A stretch of 64,000 bases of DNA from a virus (IMGVR_UViG_3300016649_000097:1-64000), one strand, 5' to 3'; numbered from the stretch's first letter, positions 9,790 to 20,099 are shown. Program-made: numbers and translations. The notes: generated by a model not told the origin, from the sequence alone.

Positions 9790-10917
9790 CTAGTTGGTGT
9801 AGACCTTGACGATAGCCTGGTCTGTAATAACACCAAGACCCCAGATTGCGTACCAAGCAAGAGCGTGCTCACGACCGAAGTCGAGAACGCCACCATCGCG
9901 GAGTTCAACTGGGAGGGAGATTGCGTGACCAAATGCATTGTCACCAATCATGATGGACTCATAAACTTCAGCACCGTTACCAGTTGCAGAAGTCAAGTAA
10001 CCCTTTTCAGCAGTGAAATCTGCAGACTCTGGGTTACCGCCTGAACCTGGGCGGGTGTTAGCCTTGACAGGAACTTCAATCTGAGACGCAGGAACTCCTA
10101 CGTTTGAAGATGTTGTATAGCCAGCGTTTACAGCCAACTTACGAACCTGTGTTGTCTCAATGAATACTACGTCGTATAGACGTCCGATTTCACCGAGCAT
10201 GAAGTTTCCTGGAGCAGCGTACTTTGTTACCTCGATGAACTCTGGGTTCGAACGGATATCACGTGACTGCTTAGGATGTACGAACTGTACATATGTCTCA
10301 CCGAGACGTGGGATGTTCTTACCAGCAAGGGTAAGAGCAGCATCCTTAACAGCACCTGTAGTCAACTTATAGTTACCATCAAGGTCTGACCACTGTGTTG
10401 CAGCGGTACCTTCGTTGTACCAGTCATTGACACCCTGGAGTGCAGAACGGTCATAACCAAATACTGCAGAAGTTGCTGCAGAGAGTGTGTTACGTGCCTG
10501 TACATCGAGGTACTGTGCCATGTGGCGACCAAGAAGACGTGAAGCAGAAGCCATTACGTCATCGAAGGATGCATTGAGAAGAAGTTCAGAAACTGCTACT
10601 GCGTAGCCGTGTTCTGCAACTGTGATTGCAATCTGCTCTGCAGTAAGAGCGTTCGTTGTCATACGAACACCTTCTGTTAGAGGAGATGGGTCTACTGCGA
10701 AGTTCTTGTAACGAAGGAAGTTCACACGAAGACCAGGTGCTACACCTAGTTCAGTCTTCTTAACAGCGAACTGTTCGAAACGGAGGATTGGCATTGCCTG
10801 GAAGAGGATTTCCTTCGACCAGATTGTTTGAATTGCTTGATTGAGGCTCGTATTAGAACCAGAATAAGCGGTAGGGGCGCTGGCTAGTTGACCAGTACCT
10901 GTAATTGCACTTGCCAT
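9790..10917 (-). CDS. Major capsid protein (N4-gp56-like, HK97 fold)
   Basis: 375 aa after portal and scaffold; WSKEILFQA, GEIGRLYDVVFIET, DFGREHALAWYAIWG. Confidence 0.9.
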   Translation of the reverse strand: MASAITGTGQLASAPTAYSGSNTSLNQAIQTIWSKEILFQAMPILRFEQFAVKKTELGVAPGLRVNFLRYKNFAVDPSPLTEGVRMTTNALTAEQIAITVAEHGYAVAVSELLLNASFDDVMASASRLLGRHMAQYLDVQARNTLSAATSAVFGYDRSALQGVNDWYNEGTAATQWSDLDGNYKLTTGAVKDAALTLAGKNIPRLGETYVQFVHPKQSRDIRSNPEFIEVTKYAAPGNFMLGEIGRLYDVVFIETTQVRKLAVNAGYTTSSNVGVPASQIEVPVKANTRPGSGGNPESADFTAEKGYLTSATGNGAEVYESIMIGDNAFGHAISLPVELRDGGVLDFGREHALAWYAIWGLGVITDQAIVKVYTN

Positions 10918-10950
10918 TTAGGTCAAGTCCTTTCTAGATAGTTGTTTGGG

Positions 10951-11715
10951 TTAACCGAACAGTCCCTGACCACGATTGTTTGCTGCATTGCCAAGTAATT
11001 TGGCTCTTTGTTTCGCATAGTCTGCCAATGACATATCCCTGATTGAATCAGGAGTTAACGGTTGTGTGTCCGAATTGGTGTCGAGGGGTCCTGCGGCAGG
11101 CGCTGTGATGCGTGGTCCTGCCATTTGTGCTCTAGCAGACTGCATAGCCTGTTGAGCGGAATCGAGAATTCGAGCAGACTTATCTTTTAGAGTTGCGATG
11201 CTCTGCTCAATTGCATCCTGTGAATCGCCTTCAATCAAATCGATGAGTTCAGGAATGATGTTATCTCGTTCCTGTTCCAATCGAGCCTGACGGTAATTCA
11301 TCAACTCTTGGAATTTGCGCTCTTGGTCTAAGAGTGCAATAGCACGTTCTCTTTCAAGACGTTCATTCTCTAATTGAGCCTGAAATTCTTGCTCCTTCTT
11401 CTTGAGAAGGTCTTTGAAGGACAGTTCATTCTCTTCCTGTTCCTTCTTCAACTGTGCTGCACGGCTCTCCTCTTCAGCAATGCGTGCTTGACGCTCTGCT
11501 TCACGGGCTGCCGCTTCCTCACGTTCTCTTTTCAGAGATGCGAGTTCCTCTTTCATCTTTTCAAGTTGTGGATATAACTTTGCCTTTTCTTGCTCACGCG
11601 CCTTTGCAATATCATCGGCTGTGTAACCTGGCATTGTTTGCTCACCACTCGTTGTTATTTCAATTGGTGACAGATTTGCATCCGTCATTTCTACTGTGTT
11701 TTCCATAGTAGTCAC
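10951..11715 (-). CDS. Capsid scaffolding protein
   Basis: Coiled-coil E/K/Q-rich; C-terminal MSLADYAKQRAKLLG helix; position between portal and capsid. Confidence 0.8.
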   Translation of the reverse strand: MTTMENTVEMTDANLSPIEITTSGEQTMPGYTADDIAKAREQEKAKLYPQLEKMKEELASLKREREEAAAREAERQARIAEEESRAAQLKKEQEENELSFKDLLKKKEQEFQAQLENERLERERAIALLDQERKFQELMNYRQARLEQERDNIIPELIDLIEGDSQDAIEQSIATLKDKSARILDSAQQAMQSARAQMAGPRITAPAAGPLDTNSDTQPLTPDSIRDMSLADYAKQRAKLLGNAANNRGQGLFG

Positions 11716-11836
11716 TTATCTTTCTTGTGTCGTTGTCCGTATGCCTTGCGGCGTGTCCCTGGGTTATTATGAGATAATTGCAGTACATTTGTACGCACTT
11801 GTCTCGATATATTCCAAACTTTTTACAGTTGGAAAA

Positions 11837-13573
11837 TTACTCTCTATCTACAGCCCTTCTCTGTGGAATCTTTGTTCCATAGGCTTGTGTAACTAAGTCA
11901 TTTCTAATAGCCGCTTCAGCCTGGTCTTCCATCATCTTTGACTCTTGAACCATAGGGTCTTCAAGTTTCTCTGGAGTTGGAGCGCCTTCTACGCCATCTC
12001 CCATAACATCTCCGTCACCTAGTTGTTCTGGAGCCAAAGGAACAGCGCTTGCGCCATCTGGTCCAGGCATCATTCCGGTCATGTCTTGAATCTGCTTCTG
12101 AATCTGAACTCTAATCAATGACAAGGCACCATCTGCCTTAGCATCCTCTACAAGTTCACGACGAATCTCTTGAAGTTTCTCTTCTGGGAACTCTTCGCCA
12201 AGTGTACGAAGCGCTCCTTCCTTTGACTCAAGACCCATGCCTAGTTTGGTCTGGATTTCATTAAGAACAATCAACTTATCGAGAGGTAGTGGAGGTGGGA
12301 ACTGAACATAGTTCATATATGACAGTTGGTCATTAGGGTCAAGTCTGTCGAACTGTCCCTCTTTGATTGGGCCGTCTTCGTCTGGGTTATAGAGGAAGGT
12401 CTGAGGTTCCTTTAATGCAAGAGTTCTTAATGCAATCTCATTTATCTTCTCTAGACCCTTGCCATATTGAGCAACCTTCTGTGAATAACGGTTCATTAAT
12501 GGCTGATACTGAATAGAAAGAGCAACACCAGATGTATTTGAGATTGGCTGAACTTGTCCAAGCGCAGTTTCTGGTATGTTCATGATTTCGTGCATTGAAC
12601 GCTTTAATAAATCTAGATATTTGAGTGCGCCATCAATTCCCTGCGCACCACCTTCAAGGTTAAAGACCTGGGCGTCTTTGGGTAGACCACCCCAGACCTT
12701 CTTCGCACCTTTCTCAAGGTTAGAGGCTTTAGCACCGACGATAACTGTCACAGGAGAAGCGTGATAGTTGATGATGTCTGCAACGTCGGTGCTGATTTCG
12801 TTATATGCGCGGTTGATAGTGATGATGTCGTGTGCGTCCGAGAGACCCCACGGTGAACCTGAAACAGGAACATTAGGAATGTGAACTACTGGAACTATTC
12901 CAATAGGATTTGGGCGTGAATCTATGAGTTCATCATTGATGTACTCTTCAATAACGTCATCAGTCAAAATTTCAGTATAAGTAAAGACTTGACGGGTACC
13001 TTCTAAAGAAGTGCCCCAGAAACGATACTTCTGTTTAAATCTCAGTAATCGCGTTCTATCGTGTGGATGAAACTCAGGGAAACAGAAAGACGAGTTCATA
13101 GGAAGGATACGGACACGACCAGCGTGGAAAAGACCAGCAGAGTCTGTCCATGGCTCTTCATATGCAATCTTTACAAAGCAATCTCCTGTAATACCACCCT
13201 GCTGTCCCATCTCAAGTAGGACACGCATCTTGTCATTGTCTACTTCCCAGATACGCTCTAGTCTGTCTGGAACGATTGCTTCGGTAGACTTTGGAGAACG
13301 GAAGTGAACACCGCGACCAAATACGAATCTTGAAAGATAGTCATTAAAAGCGCGGTAATAGTTAACTGCAATCTGCATTTCGCCTTGCTCACGGCGATAG
13401 CCCCAGTGATGACCTAAATACATCGCCCAGTTAAGTGAATAACGGTTTAGACGAGGACCGTGAACCTCAAATTCTTCATCAGCAAGTTCTACAAGGCCAA
13501 GAGGTGAAATGGAGATAGTAAGGTCTGATGACGCCGCACGGTACGACGGTGGCGTGAAATCAAGAAATGCCAT
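11837..13573 (-). CDS. Portal protein (SPP1 gp6-like)
   Basis: 578 aa; NPIGIVPVVHIPN...WGLSD; position between terminase and scaffold. Confidence 0.85.
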   Translation of the reverse strand: MAFLDFTPPSYRAASSDLTISISPLGLVELADEEFEVHGPRLNRYSLNWAMYLGHHWGYRREQGEMQIAVNYYRAFNDYLSRFVFGRGVHFRSPKSTEAIVPDRLERIWEVDNDKMRVLLEMGQQGGITGDCFVKIAYEEPWTDSAGLFHAGRVRILPMNSSFCFPEFHPHDRTRLLRFKQKYRFWGTSLEGTRQVFTYTEILTDDVIEEYINDELIDSRPNPIGIVPVVHIPNVPVSGSPWGLSDAHDIITINRAYNEISTDVADIINYHASPVTVIVGAKASNLEKGAKKVWGGLPKDAQVFNLEGGAQGIDGALKYLDLLKRSMHEIMNIPETALGQVQPISNTSGVALSIQYQPLMNRYSQKVAQYGKGLEKINEIALRTLALKEPQTFLYNPDEDGPIKEGQFDRLDPNDQLSYMNYVQFPPPLPLDKLIVLNEIQTKLGMGLESKEGALRTLGEEFPEEKLQEIRRELVEDAKADGALSLIRVQIQKQIQDMTGMMPGPDGASAVPLAPEQLGDGDVMGDGVEGAPTPEKLEDPMVQESKMMEDQAEAAIRNDLVTQAYGTKIPQRRAVDRE

Positions 13574-13830
13574 TACTTCTTGCCTTTATCCTTTTCGGAT
13601 TTCTTATCTTCTTTTTTAGTACTGCGTTTTTTATCTTGAGCGTGTTGCTGTTTCTTCTGTGCCATCTTACGACGACGGTCTGCTTCAGTTGTTTCTACGT
13701 ACTGACCACCTGCTTGTTGATATTTCTTTGCAACCCAAGCACTAGCACCTGGATTAGGCCACTTTGAATATTTTGCTTTGGCCTGTGCGACAAACATCGC
13801 ATACAGTTTTGGATTAGCAGGTTTTCTCAC
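13573..13830 (-). CDS. Small basic phage protein
   Basis: NPKLYA...WVAKKYQQAGGQY; K-rich tail; GTG start. Confidence 0.7.
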   Translation of the reverse strand: MRKPANPKLYAMFVAQAKAKYSKWPNPGASAWVAKKYQQAGGQYVETTEADRRRKMAQKKQQHAQDKKRSTKKEDKKSEKDKGKK

Positions 13831-13900
13831 TTGACTCCTCCGAATACATCCTGTTCCCGCCCATACACTACCGTATGAGCGGGTTCAGGTTGTCAAATAA

Positions 13901-14314
13901 CTAGTCGTTTACGACAGTTGGATTGAGACGTTGTGCACGACCACCAGAACGTGCAACGGTCTCAATGACCTGTGCTGCACGGTCTGCCATGGTGCCATGT
14001 GCAAACTCACCAAGCATTGATGGTGCTTCAATCCAGGCAGCGGAACCTACGTGAGCACGCTCTGATAGCGTCTCAGCAGCAGGCTTCTGCCAAACTGGAG
14101 CATTACGATTTGGACGACCAGGAGCAACAGCAGAGCCCTGCTCCATACCAGTCTGGAAACCGCTTGGAATATCAGTATCAGTTGCGACACCTTCTTCGAA
14201 ACGGAGAGGACCACGACGCATAGCGTTATCTGCGCCCTTGCGTTCGTAGACCTGTGGTGCACGCTCTGGAAAGCGAGGTGCTGGCGAAATAGTCATAGGA
14301 GACTCCTTATTCAT
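13901..14314 (-). CDS. Hypothetical protein
   Basis: 137-aa ORF in head block; GPLRFEEGVATDTD. Confidence 0.7.
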   Translation of the reverse strand: MNKESPMTISPAPRFPERAPQVYERKGADNAMRRGPLRFEEGVATDTDIPSGFQTGMEQGSAVAPGRPNRNAPVWQKPAAETLSERAHVGSAAWIEAPSMLGEFAHGTMADRAAQVIETVARSGGRAQRLNPTVVND

Positions 14315-14369
14315 TTATGGAAGGCCATTCCAGGAAATAGTTTCCACCCTTTTGCGTAGTTTGTGTGGC

Positions 14370-15953
14370 TTAACCAAAGAAAGGATTACTTGAGGCCACG
14401 ACTTCCGGCATTACTAGGTCTTGAGTTAAAGAGCAGGCTATGGCTAGAGAATCCACAAAGTCATCGTGTGCGTAATTCTCTTCAGGGGCGGCTACAAGGA
14501 AGTTAGGTCCTTTGTATTGGACTTCTGCATCGGTCATTTGTTGATAGAACCTTTTCCATGTTCTTAGGCGCCGAGTTTTAGCGTGAGAAGGCCAGGAAAT
14601 CATCTTTCGTTGAATCAAGGCCTGCAGGTGCTTCCACCTCTTTGACTGTTCAGACGGACTGGATGTCAAGGACATAACCTCTGCTCTTGGTAATAGCAAC
14701 TTCAACCGTTGAGCAACAGCATCTCCTACACCATTAGCATCCACACCAACTGCGAGCACGTCGTAGTTCTCAAGGAAGTTAACAATTTGGTAGTACTGCT
14801 CTTCCCAATCATCTCCCTGCATTTCAAGCCAGTTAAGAATACGATGGTCAAAGTAACCAAACTCATCTGGTCTATCCCAGTCAACCCACACAACAGTGAC
14901 AACTGTGCTGTCAGTCTTACGTGCAGGGTCAATACCAACAACAACGGGAGTCTTGTGCCATGACTTAACTAGTTCTTGAGATGTGTCGCCAAGTTCATCC
15001 ATTATGGTTGAGGTAACAAACATTCCTCGTTCCAAAAGCCACTTGCAGTTATATGACATCTGAAATTCGTCTGAATCTTCACCAATACGAAGCATTTCTT
15101 TTCGTATGAACTTTTCATAGTTCGGGTTAAATTTAGAAACGTCTTTCCAGTCCCATTGGAAATGGTTCTGTCTGGCTCCTCTGCCCGTCTGTCGTCTGCG
15201 ATTTAGTTGAATAGAACGATAGAAGTTGTTTTTGCTTGTTGTAGGTGTACCGGTCTTAACTATCGTACCTGCATAGTATGCCAACATAGGAGAAATAGAT
15301 TTTGAAACAACGAAGTCATCAGCCTCTTGACACTCATCAATAATTACGAGATGAAAAGACTTAGATTCAATCTTTGCTCTAGGGTTTGCAGTCATCATTG
15401 TGATAGTAGAGCCTGACTTCTTTAATTTTATTTGACGAGTTACTCCGCCCACTCGTGCGGCTGTGTCATCGATTTCTGGGTCATCCATAATTTCAACAGC
15501 ACGTTCTGAACTTAATCGAGTAACAGTACGACCAAAAAGTGTTTCAGCCTGTGCTTCTGTTGGTGCGAACAATCCTACCCATATGCCATCTTTAAACTTG
15601 CCAAGCAAGTCTGGGTATAACTTTGCAAGACGAGGTAGAAGAATCATCATCGTAGCCACCGTGTCTGCCACAGTCTCTGATTTACCAGACTGACGAGAAG
15701 CAAGAGCAGTTATCTCTTCACCATCGTTAATTATTACGGATTCCATAATACGACGAGCAAGTGGCTTTTGATAAGGATGCAAGTCATGACCAACAAGTAC
15801 TTTGAGAAACTCAAGCATCTTGTCTACGAGTTTGTCTACAAATTGTTGAGATAGTTCATCTAACGGTTCGTCTATATCTTCTTCTACAGGCTGCTCTTCT
15901 TGAAGATAGAACTCCGGGTTTATCTCTTCAAACTTATCTTCTTCCATATGCAC
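14370..15953 (-). CDS. terL: Terminase large subunit
   Basis: Walker A ASRQSGKSE, Walker B VIIDECQ, TGTP, nuclease GIDPA and HDDFVDSLA. Confidence 0.93.
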   Translation of the reverse strand: MHMEEDKFEEINPEFYLQEEQPVEEDIDEPLDELSQQFVDKLVDKMLEFLKVLVGHDLHPYQKPLARRIMESVIINDGEEITALASRQSGKSETVADTVATMMILLPRLAKLYPDLLGKFKDGIWVGLFAPTEAQAETLFGRTVTRLSSERAVEIMDDPEIDDTAARVGGVTRQIKLKKSGSTITMMTANPRAKIESKSFHLVIIDECQEADDFVVSKSISPMLAYYAGTIVKTGTPTTSKNNFYRSIQLNRRRQTGRGARQNHFQWDWKDVSKFNPNYEKFIRKEMLRIGEDSDEFQMSYNCKWLLERGMFVTSTIMDELGDTSQELVKSWHKTPVVVGIDPARKTDSTVVTVVWVDWDRPDEFGYFDHRILNWLEMQGDDWEEQYYQIVNFLENYDVLAVGVDANGVGDAVAQRLKLLLPRAEVMSLTSSPSEQSKRWKHLQALIQRKMISWPSHAKTRRLRTWKRFYQQMTDAEVQYKGPNFLVAAPEENYAHDDFVDSLAIACSLTQDLVMPEVVASSNPFFG

Positions 15954-16027
15954 CCATTAAACAGCGTGACCCACCTTTTGGGTGGGTCAACGCTAGACCT
16001 AGAGAGAGGCGAAGCGAAGAAAGCATA

Positions 16028-16297
16028 TCATGAAACATGTCGTTTCTTTAATTCCTTTGCAATTGCGTGGAAGGCTTCAGCACCCATAAGAACTTCATCA
16101 AGGTCTGCAGCGCTATTTTGTTTCTGATAAATCGTTATGTGTTTGCCAATCAGGTACATCGAGTGCTCCATCCAGGCTATCAAGTCTGGGGTGGAAATCG
16201 AGGCTACCCTCTTCTCTATCCGAGTCTGGGGCTGGTGTCCATCCCGCTTCTTCCGTAAAATCTTCATAAGTAACATCCCGCCTTCCAAGTGCCGCAT
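16028..16297 (-). CDS. Hypothetical protein overlapping upstream ORF
   Basis: 89-aa helical ORF; start probably at MLLMKILRKK. Confidence 0.55.
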   Translation of the reverse strand: MRHLEGGMLLMKILRKKRDGHQPQTRIEKRVASISTPDLIAWMEHSMYLIGKHITIYQKQNSAADLDEVLMGAEAFHAIAKELKKRHVS

Positions 16298-16505
16298 TTA
16301 AAGCATCTACTTCTTCTTTTGCACCTGTCCATCTGCCAAGGACTAGGGCCTTATATTTGGGCAAGCGTACTATAAGGGGAGTGGCAGTTCTGTAAGGCTC
16401 CTCAATTTCCTGAGTCCAGCCTCTTACGACTACTTTTCCGTCCCATTCATAAGGAAAGTTAGTGACCTGTACGAATAGTGGTCCGATGTTGTGCGCCTTG
16501 GGCAT
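16113..16505 (-). CDS. Hypothetical protein
   Basis: 130 aa; start abuts stop of KTSC gene. Confidence 0.65.
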   Translation of the reverse strand: MPKAHNIGPLFVQVTNFPYEWDGKVVVRGWTQEIEEPYRTATPLIVRLPKYKALVLGRWTGAKEEVDALNAALGRRDVTYEDFTEEAGWTPAPDSDREEGSLDFHPRLDSLDGALDVPDWQTHNDLSETK

Positions 16506-17339
16506 TTAACTCTTTCTTGGTTTTTTGGGCTTTGCTGTCTTTGGTAGGTTCTTCTTTGCAAGACGGTCATACTGCTTTGCACTTCGTTGTAATTGCAAAG
16601 TTCTGGTGAGTTTGTATAAAGCCGTGCGTGCGTAGGAGGGAAGGCTATTAACATTGGCTGCGCCACGTGGCTTGTAATCTAGATATTTGTAAATATATTG
16701 CCCTTTTGAAACTCGGCGTTTAAAATCTTGCCATTCTCCAGTAGTGACCTCGTAGTAGTTGTAATAAGTTCCATCACGGAACACTACGGTTAACACCGAA
16801 CGGTTACGGTCATATCCAGCAGCAACTGTACGTGGACGTTCTGGATTAGTAGATGAAGTAGGAACTAGAGAAAGAGGAGCAGGAGCATCTGATTCTCCTT
16901 CTTGTGGTCCCTTTTGACCAGGAATTACAACTTCGCCAGTATCTAGGTCTTCATCATAAAACTTACGACCTGCTGAACGGTCTACAAAGTTACCCTGACC
17001 GTCTACGTAGTAAACATCTTCGCCTAAAGATGGAAATACGGCTTCACCAGCCTGATTTCTGTACGCTACTTCATCAGGACTCTGTGGATTGTAATAGCGC
17101 ATGGTGTCAGTAGCGCTTAATAAAGATATTGTTTCAAAAAATTCGCCAGTAGATGCTGCTGTAGGAAGTGCAGCAAATGGACTTTGGAATCCGCCCTCTG
17201 TTGATAGGGCTTTCATCATTCCTGATGTTTGTTTTGGGCCGAAACCGTAAGGTTTACCAATTGCCCCTAGCATTTCTTGAGCAGAGGGGAGGGCAGCAGG
17301 CTTTTTGCCCGATGCGCCTCCTCCTCTGATTCTTGCCAC
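16506..17339 (-). CDS. KTSC-domain protein
   Basis: AAGYDRNRSVLTVVFRDGTYYNYYEVTTGEWQDFKRRVSKGQY. Confidence 0.8.
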   Translation of the reverse strand: MARIRGGGASGKKPAALPSAQEMLGAIGKPYGFGPKQTSGMMKALSTEGGFQSPFAALPTAASTGEFFETISLLSATDTMRYYNPQSPDEVAYRNQAGEAVFPSLGEDVYYVDGQGNFVDRSAGRKFYDEDLDTGEVVIPGQKGPQEGESDAPAPLSLVPTSSTNPERPRTVAAGYDRNRSVLTVVFRDGTYYNYYEVTTGEWQDFKRRVSKGQYIYKYLDYKPRGAANVNSLPSYARTALYKLTRTLQLQRSAKQYDRLAKKNLPKTAKPKKPRKS

Positions 17340-17346
17340 TTCTAAA

Positions 17347-17982
17347 CTATGCCCAAGGAGTAATTGTTACTGCTTGACCAACTGCGATTGTTGCAGCACC
17401 TGCAGCAACGCTCTGTGTCTTAATGGTTCCTGACACAGCAACTACAGAACCCGAAAGTCCTGATGCGTTGTAAGAAGTTGTTGCAACTGTTGTAACATTA
17501 AATTGATTAGCGTTTGGAACAGTGTCGATTGTATATGTTCCATTGAAGTCTGCGCTAAGTCCTGAAAGAGTTACTTTGTGGCCTGCAGAATACCCGTGAG
17601 TTGATACAGCAACCTGAAGAACGGTAGTACCACTTGCTCGTACTAGTCCTGTAACTGTCTTTGAGGTATTTGTAGCGGCAGATGCTGTTGTAGGAACAAG
17701 ACCAGCGTCGTCCATTACATCTGTAGCAACTGATGTGGTATCACCAAGAACGCTTGGAACTACGACGTAACCTACGCCTGCCCCATCATCATTTGGTGTG
17801 TATAGCGGATAACCATTCCACTTTGCATAAGCAATAACGTGGTCATTCAGCGTTGCTGAAAGGTCACCCTGAACTGCTTCACTGCGCTCATCGTTTGGCT
17901 GCATTGGCATGTTGCCCCAAACTCTGTCAACGCAGACATTTCCTGCGGAATCTAATAGATTCCCATTCTCATTAACTGCCAT
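17347..17982 (-). CDS. Virion protein with interrupted PASTA-like domain
   Basis: VVVPSVLGDTTSVATDVMDDAGL ... GTIKTQSVAAGA...GQAVTITP flanking a THGYSAGHKVTLSGL...NGTYTI insert. Confidence 0.55.
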   Translation of the reverse strand: MAVNENGNLLDSAGNVCVDRVWGNMPMQPNDERSEAVQGDLSATLNDHVIAYAKWNGYPLYTPNDDGAGVGYVVVPSVLGDTTSVATDVMDDAGLVPTTASAATNTSKTVTGLVRASGTTVLQVAVSTHGYSAGHKVTLSGLSADFNGTYTIDTVPNANQFNVTTVATTSYNASGLSGSVVAVSGTIKTQSVAAGAATIAVGQAVTITPWA

Positions 17983-18218
17983 TATTCTTCTTCCTCACAT
18001 GTGTGGTTGTCTAATTCAGTCTCAAAAAGCACTTCTTCGCAGTCGCGACATTTGAAGAAGCGAACTTCGTCTAGTGCTGGATGTAAGGAATCCGAGTTGT
18101 TGTCGCCGTGTGCCATCTGAGGCCCTGCTAGGACTTCAGGCGGAAACGGTCCTCTTGGACTGTGTGAGGATGATGGTACAGCATGTCCTTGGACTGCGAA
18201 CTTACGAATTACCTTCAT
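17982..18218 (-). CDS. Small Zn-finger protein
   Basis: FKCRDCEE...HTCE. Confidence 0.6.
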   Translation of the reverse strand: MKVIRKFAVQGHAVPSSSHSPRGPFPPEVLAGPQMAHGDNNSDSLHPALDEVRFFKCRDCEEVLFETELDNHTCEEEE

Positions 18219-18453
18219 TATTTTCGGCCGCCTTCTTACGCTTCTTTGGTTTAGACGCTGGCTCTTCTGGTTCTGATACGACTTCTAGCGCTGCTTTGCG
18301 TTCTGCAGCAAATTCATCGGTCGTCTTTAGGTTGCCTGCACGCCTGCGGGCATCCAAGAAGCGAGGAAGGTGTTTACCGCAATAAAGAACTTCTGTTTCT
18401 GCCGTTATTTGATACACGAACAAAGCACCACTATCGCAGTTTGCACATTTCAT
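18202..18453 (-). CDS. Small Zn-binding protein
   Basis: CANC...YCGKHLP. Confidence 0.65.
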   Translation of the reverse strand: MKCANCDSGALFVYQITAETEVLYCGKHLPRFLDARRRAGNLKTTDEFAAERKAALEVVSEPEEPASKPKKRKKAAENNEGNS

Positions 18454-18635
18454 TATTTGGCCTTTTTAGTTGCTTTCTTTTTAGCAGGCGCTTTCTTTTT
18501 CGCAGGTGCTTTCTTCTTAGGAGTAAACGGAATGTCTGCCTTTTCAGTAGAGGCTAGTGCTTCCGCAATAAACTTATTTAGTGCTTCTCTGGAGTCTTTA
18601 AGTATTCCAAGTTTGATGAGTAGTTTCTTTAACAT
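18453..18635 (-). CDS. Small basic protein with KKAPAK histone-like tail
   Basis: KKKAPAKKKAPAKKKATKKAK. Confidence 0.7.
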   Translation of the reverse strand: MLKKLLIKLGILKDSREALNKFIAEALASTEKADIPFTPKKKAPAKKKAPAKKKATKKAK

Positions 18636-18935
18636 TTAGCAGTCCCATGCTCGTAGTGATTTGTTGATACGACTGTTAGGGTCTCTAGCAGTCTTAGAAG
18701 AGGTGTTCTTTCTCTTCATACCTTCCATCCTAGCGCAGAATGACTTACGACGTGCTGCTGACTTCTTGGACTTCTTGGCCTGCTCACGCTTTACTGGTGG
18801 CTTGAGGTCAGAGCCTGGGTTCGCACGCTCGTACGACTTACGACCCTTCTCGTTTAGTCCACCCTTTGGATTCTTGCCTTCGCTACGAGTCCAAGCAGCA
18901 GATTTGCTGTGCTTCTTTTTAGTTTTAGTTGACAT
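18636..18935 (-). CDS. DUF6321-like phage protein
   Basis: GKNPKGGLNEKGR...RRKSFCARM...RINKSLRAWDC. Confidence 0.8.
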   Translation of the reverse strand: MSTKTKKKHSKSAAWTRSEGKNPKGGLNEKGRKSYERANPGSDLKPPVKREQAKKSKKSAARRKSFCARMEGMKRKNTSSKTARDPNSRINKSLRAWDC

Positions 18936-19270
18936 TACCAGTTCACCCCGTGTGAGAATTGTTTGCTGTCCATGATTGGCGTTCCACCAGTCATAGGGCC
19001 GGGTGTAGAGAATAGTTCTCCTACACGGCTTCTGACTCGCTTACTTAAATGAGGATGGTCTTTAACTGACTCTAGTCGTCTGAAGTAGTCAACCGAACTA
19101 AGGCCAAACTTTTTTCCAATAGCCGAATCTCTGTCAGCGGTACTTTTAAATCTGCGAGCAGAGAATCTAATTAAGTCTCTATCTCTATCTGATAGAGGAC
19201 TGATTTGAGAAGCAACTCCTGCATCAAAGTCCTGATAAGAAGAGTCAGTTCTGTTTAATGATGCTGGCAT
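18935..19270 (-). CDS. DUF3263-like actinobacterial protein
   Basis: LSDRDRDLIRF...AIGKKFGLSSVDYFRRL..VKDHP resembles DUF3263 pattern. Confidence 0.5.
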   Translation of the reverse strand: MPASLNRTDSSYQDFDAGVASQISPLSDRDRDLIRFSARRFKSTADRDSAIGKKFGLSSVDYFRRLESVKDHPHLSKRVRSRVGELFSTPGPMTGGTPIMDSKQFSHGVNW

Positions 19271-19686
19271 TACATTCCGCCTGAAAACTCAACACGATGT
19301 GGGTTTCCTCTTGCAGCCTCCATAGACTCTGCAAAGTGTTGCAGACGACCCTTTAATTCTTGATACTCTGGATACGCTTCAAGTTTTTTAGTTTCAGGGT
19401 TAATTCGTACAGAAGGAACACCTTCAAGACTTTTAGGTTTTGGAGGAATGATTGGACCAAGCCATGCTTTGTGTCCTGCGCCCTTGTGAGAAGCAGGAGC
19501 CATTGCGCTTTCAAGATGAATGTTGACAATTCCACCGGCTTTTGCAGCAGTGTCTGCAGTTTCTTGTTCTTGCTGAGTACGAAGACCTTGTTCTTCTTCG
19601 TCTTTCTCATCCTTTTTCTTTGGTTTAGTTAACTTACTACCAGCCCAAAGGAAGGGGTTCCAGTCTTTAGCGGGGATATCAACCAT
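19270..19686 (-). CDS. Hypothetical protein
   Basis: 138-aa ORF translationally coupled to next gene. Confidence 0.65.
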   Translation of the reverse strand: MVDIPAKDWNPFLWAGSKLTKPKKKDEKDEEEQGLRTQQEQETADTAAKAGGIVNIHLESAMAPASHKGAGHKAWLGPIIPPKPKSLEGVPSVRINPETKKLEAYPEYQELKGRLQHFAESMEAARGNPHRVEFSGGM

Positions 19687-19715
19687 GTCCTAATCTTCCC
19701 TTAAATACAAAAACT

Positions 19716-20099
19716 TTATTTGGTATTCGCTTCTTCTTTTGCCAGATGGTTCTCAATCGTAATCAGCCTTTCGCCCATCTCAACGAAGGCTTCGAGCATA
19801 AGGTCAACCTTCTGCTCCATCTTTTCTTGCTTATAGAATAGTTTATTAACTACGTCTTTCGTAGACTTACCGCCGTTCTGACTCAACTCACCATCAAGTT
19901 TGTTTAGGCGTTCCATAACGCCCGGTACGGCGTCCCTACCAGGAGCCTCTTCTTCGCCCATCCAATCTCTACGGAAATGGTCGAACCAACCAAGAAATTC
20001 TTTTGTTTTCCTATAACCAGGCAAGAAGATGACGCCCAAAGCCGTCACTATTGATGCTGCAAGAATAACTGCAGCAGCGATTGCTTCGAGCGTCATCAT
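19716..20099 (-). CDS. Single-TM membrane protein (lysis-cassette type)
   Basis: N-terminal TM helix; LSQNGGKSTKD motif. Confidence 0.65.
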   Translation of the reverse strand: MMTLEAIAAAVILAASIVTALGVIFLPGYRKTKEFLGWFDHFRRDWMGEEEAPGRDAVPGVMERLNKLDGELSQNGGKSTKDVVNKLFYKQEKMEQKVDLMLEAFVEMGERLITIENHLAKEEANTK

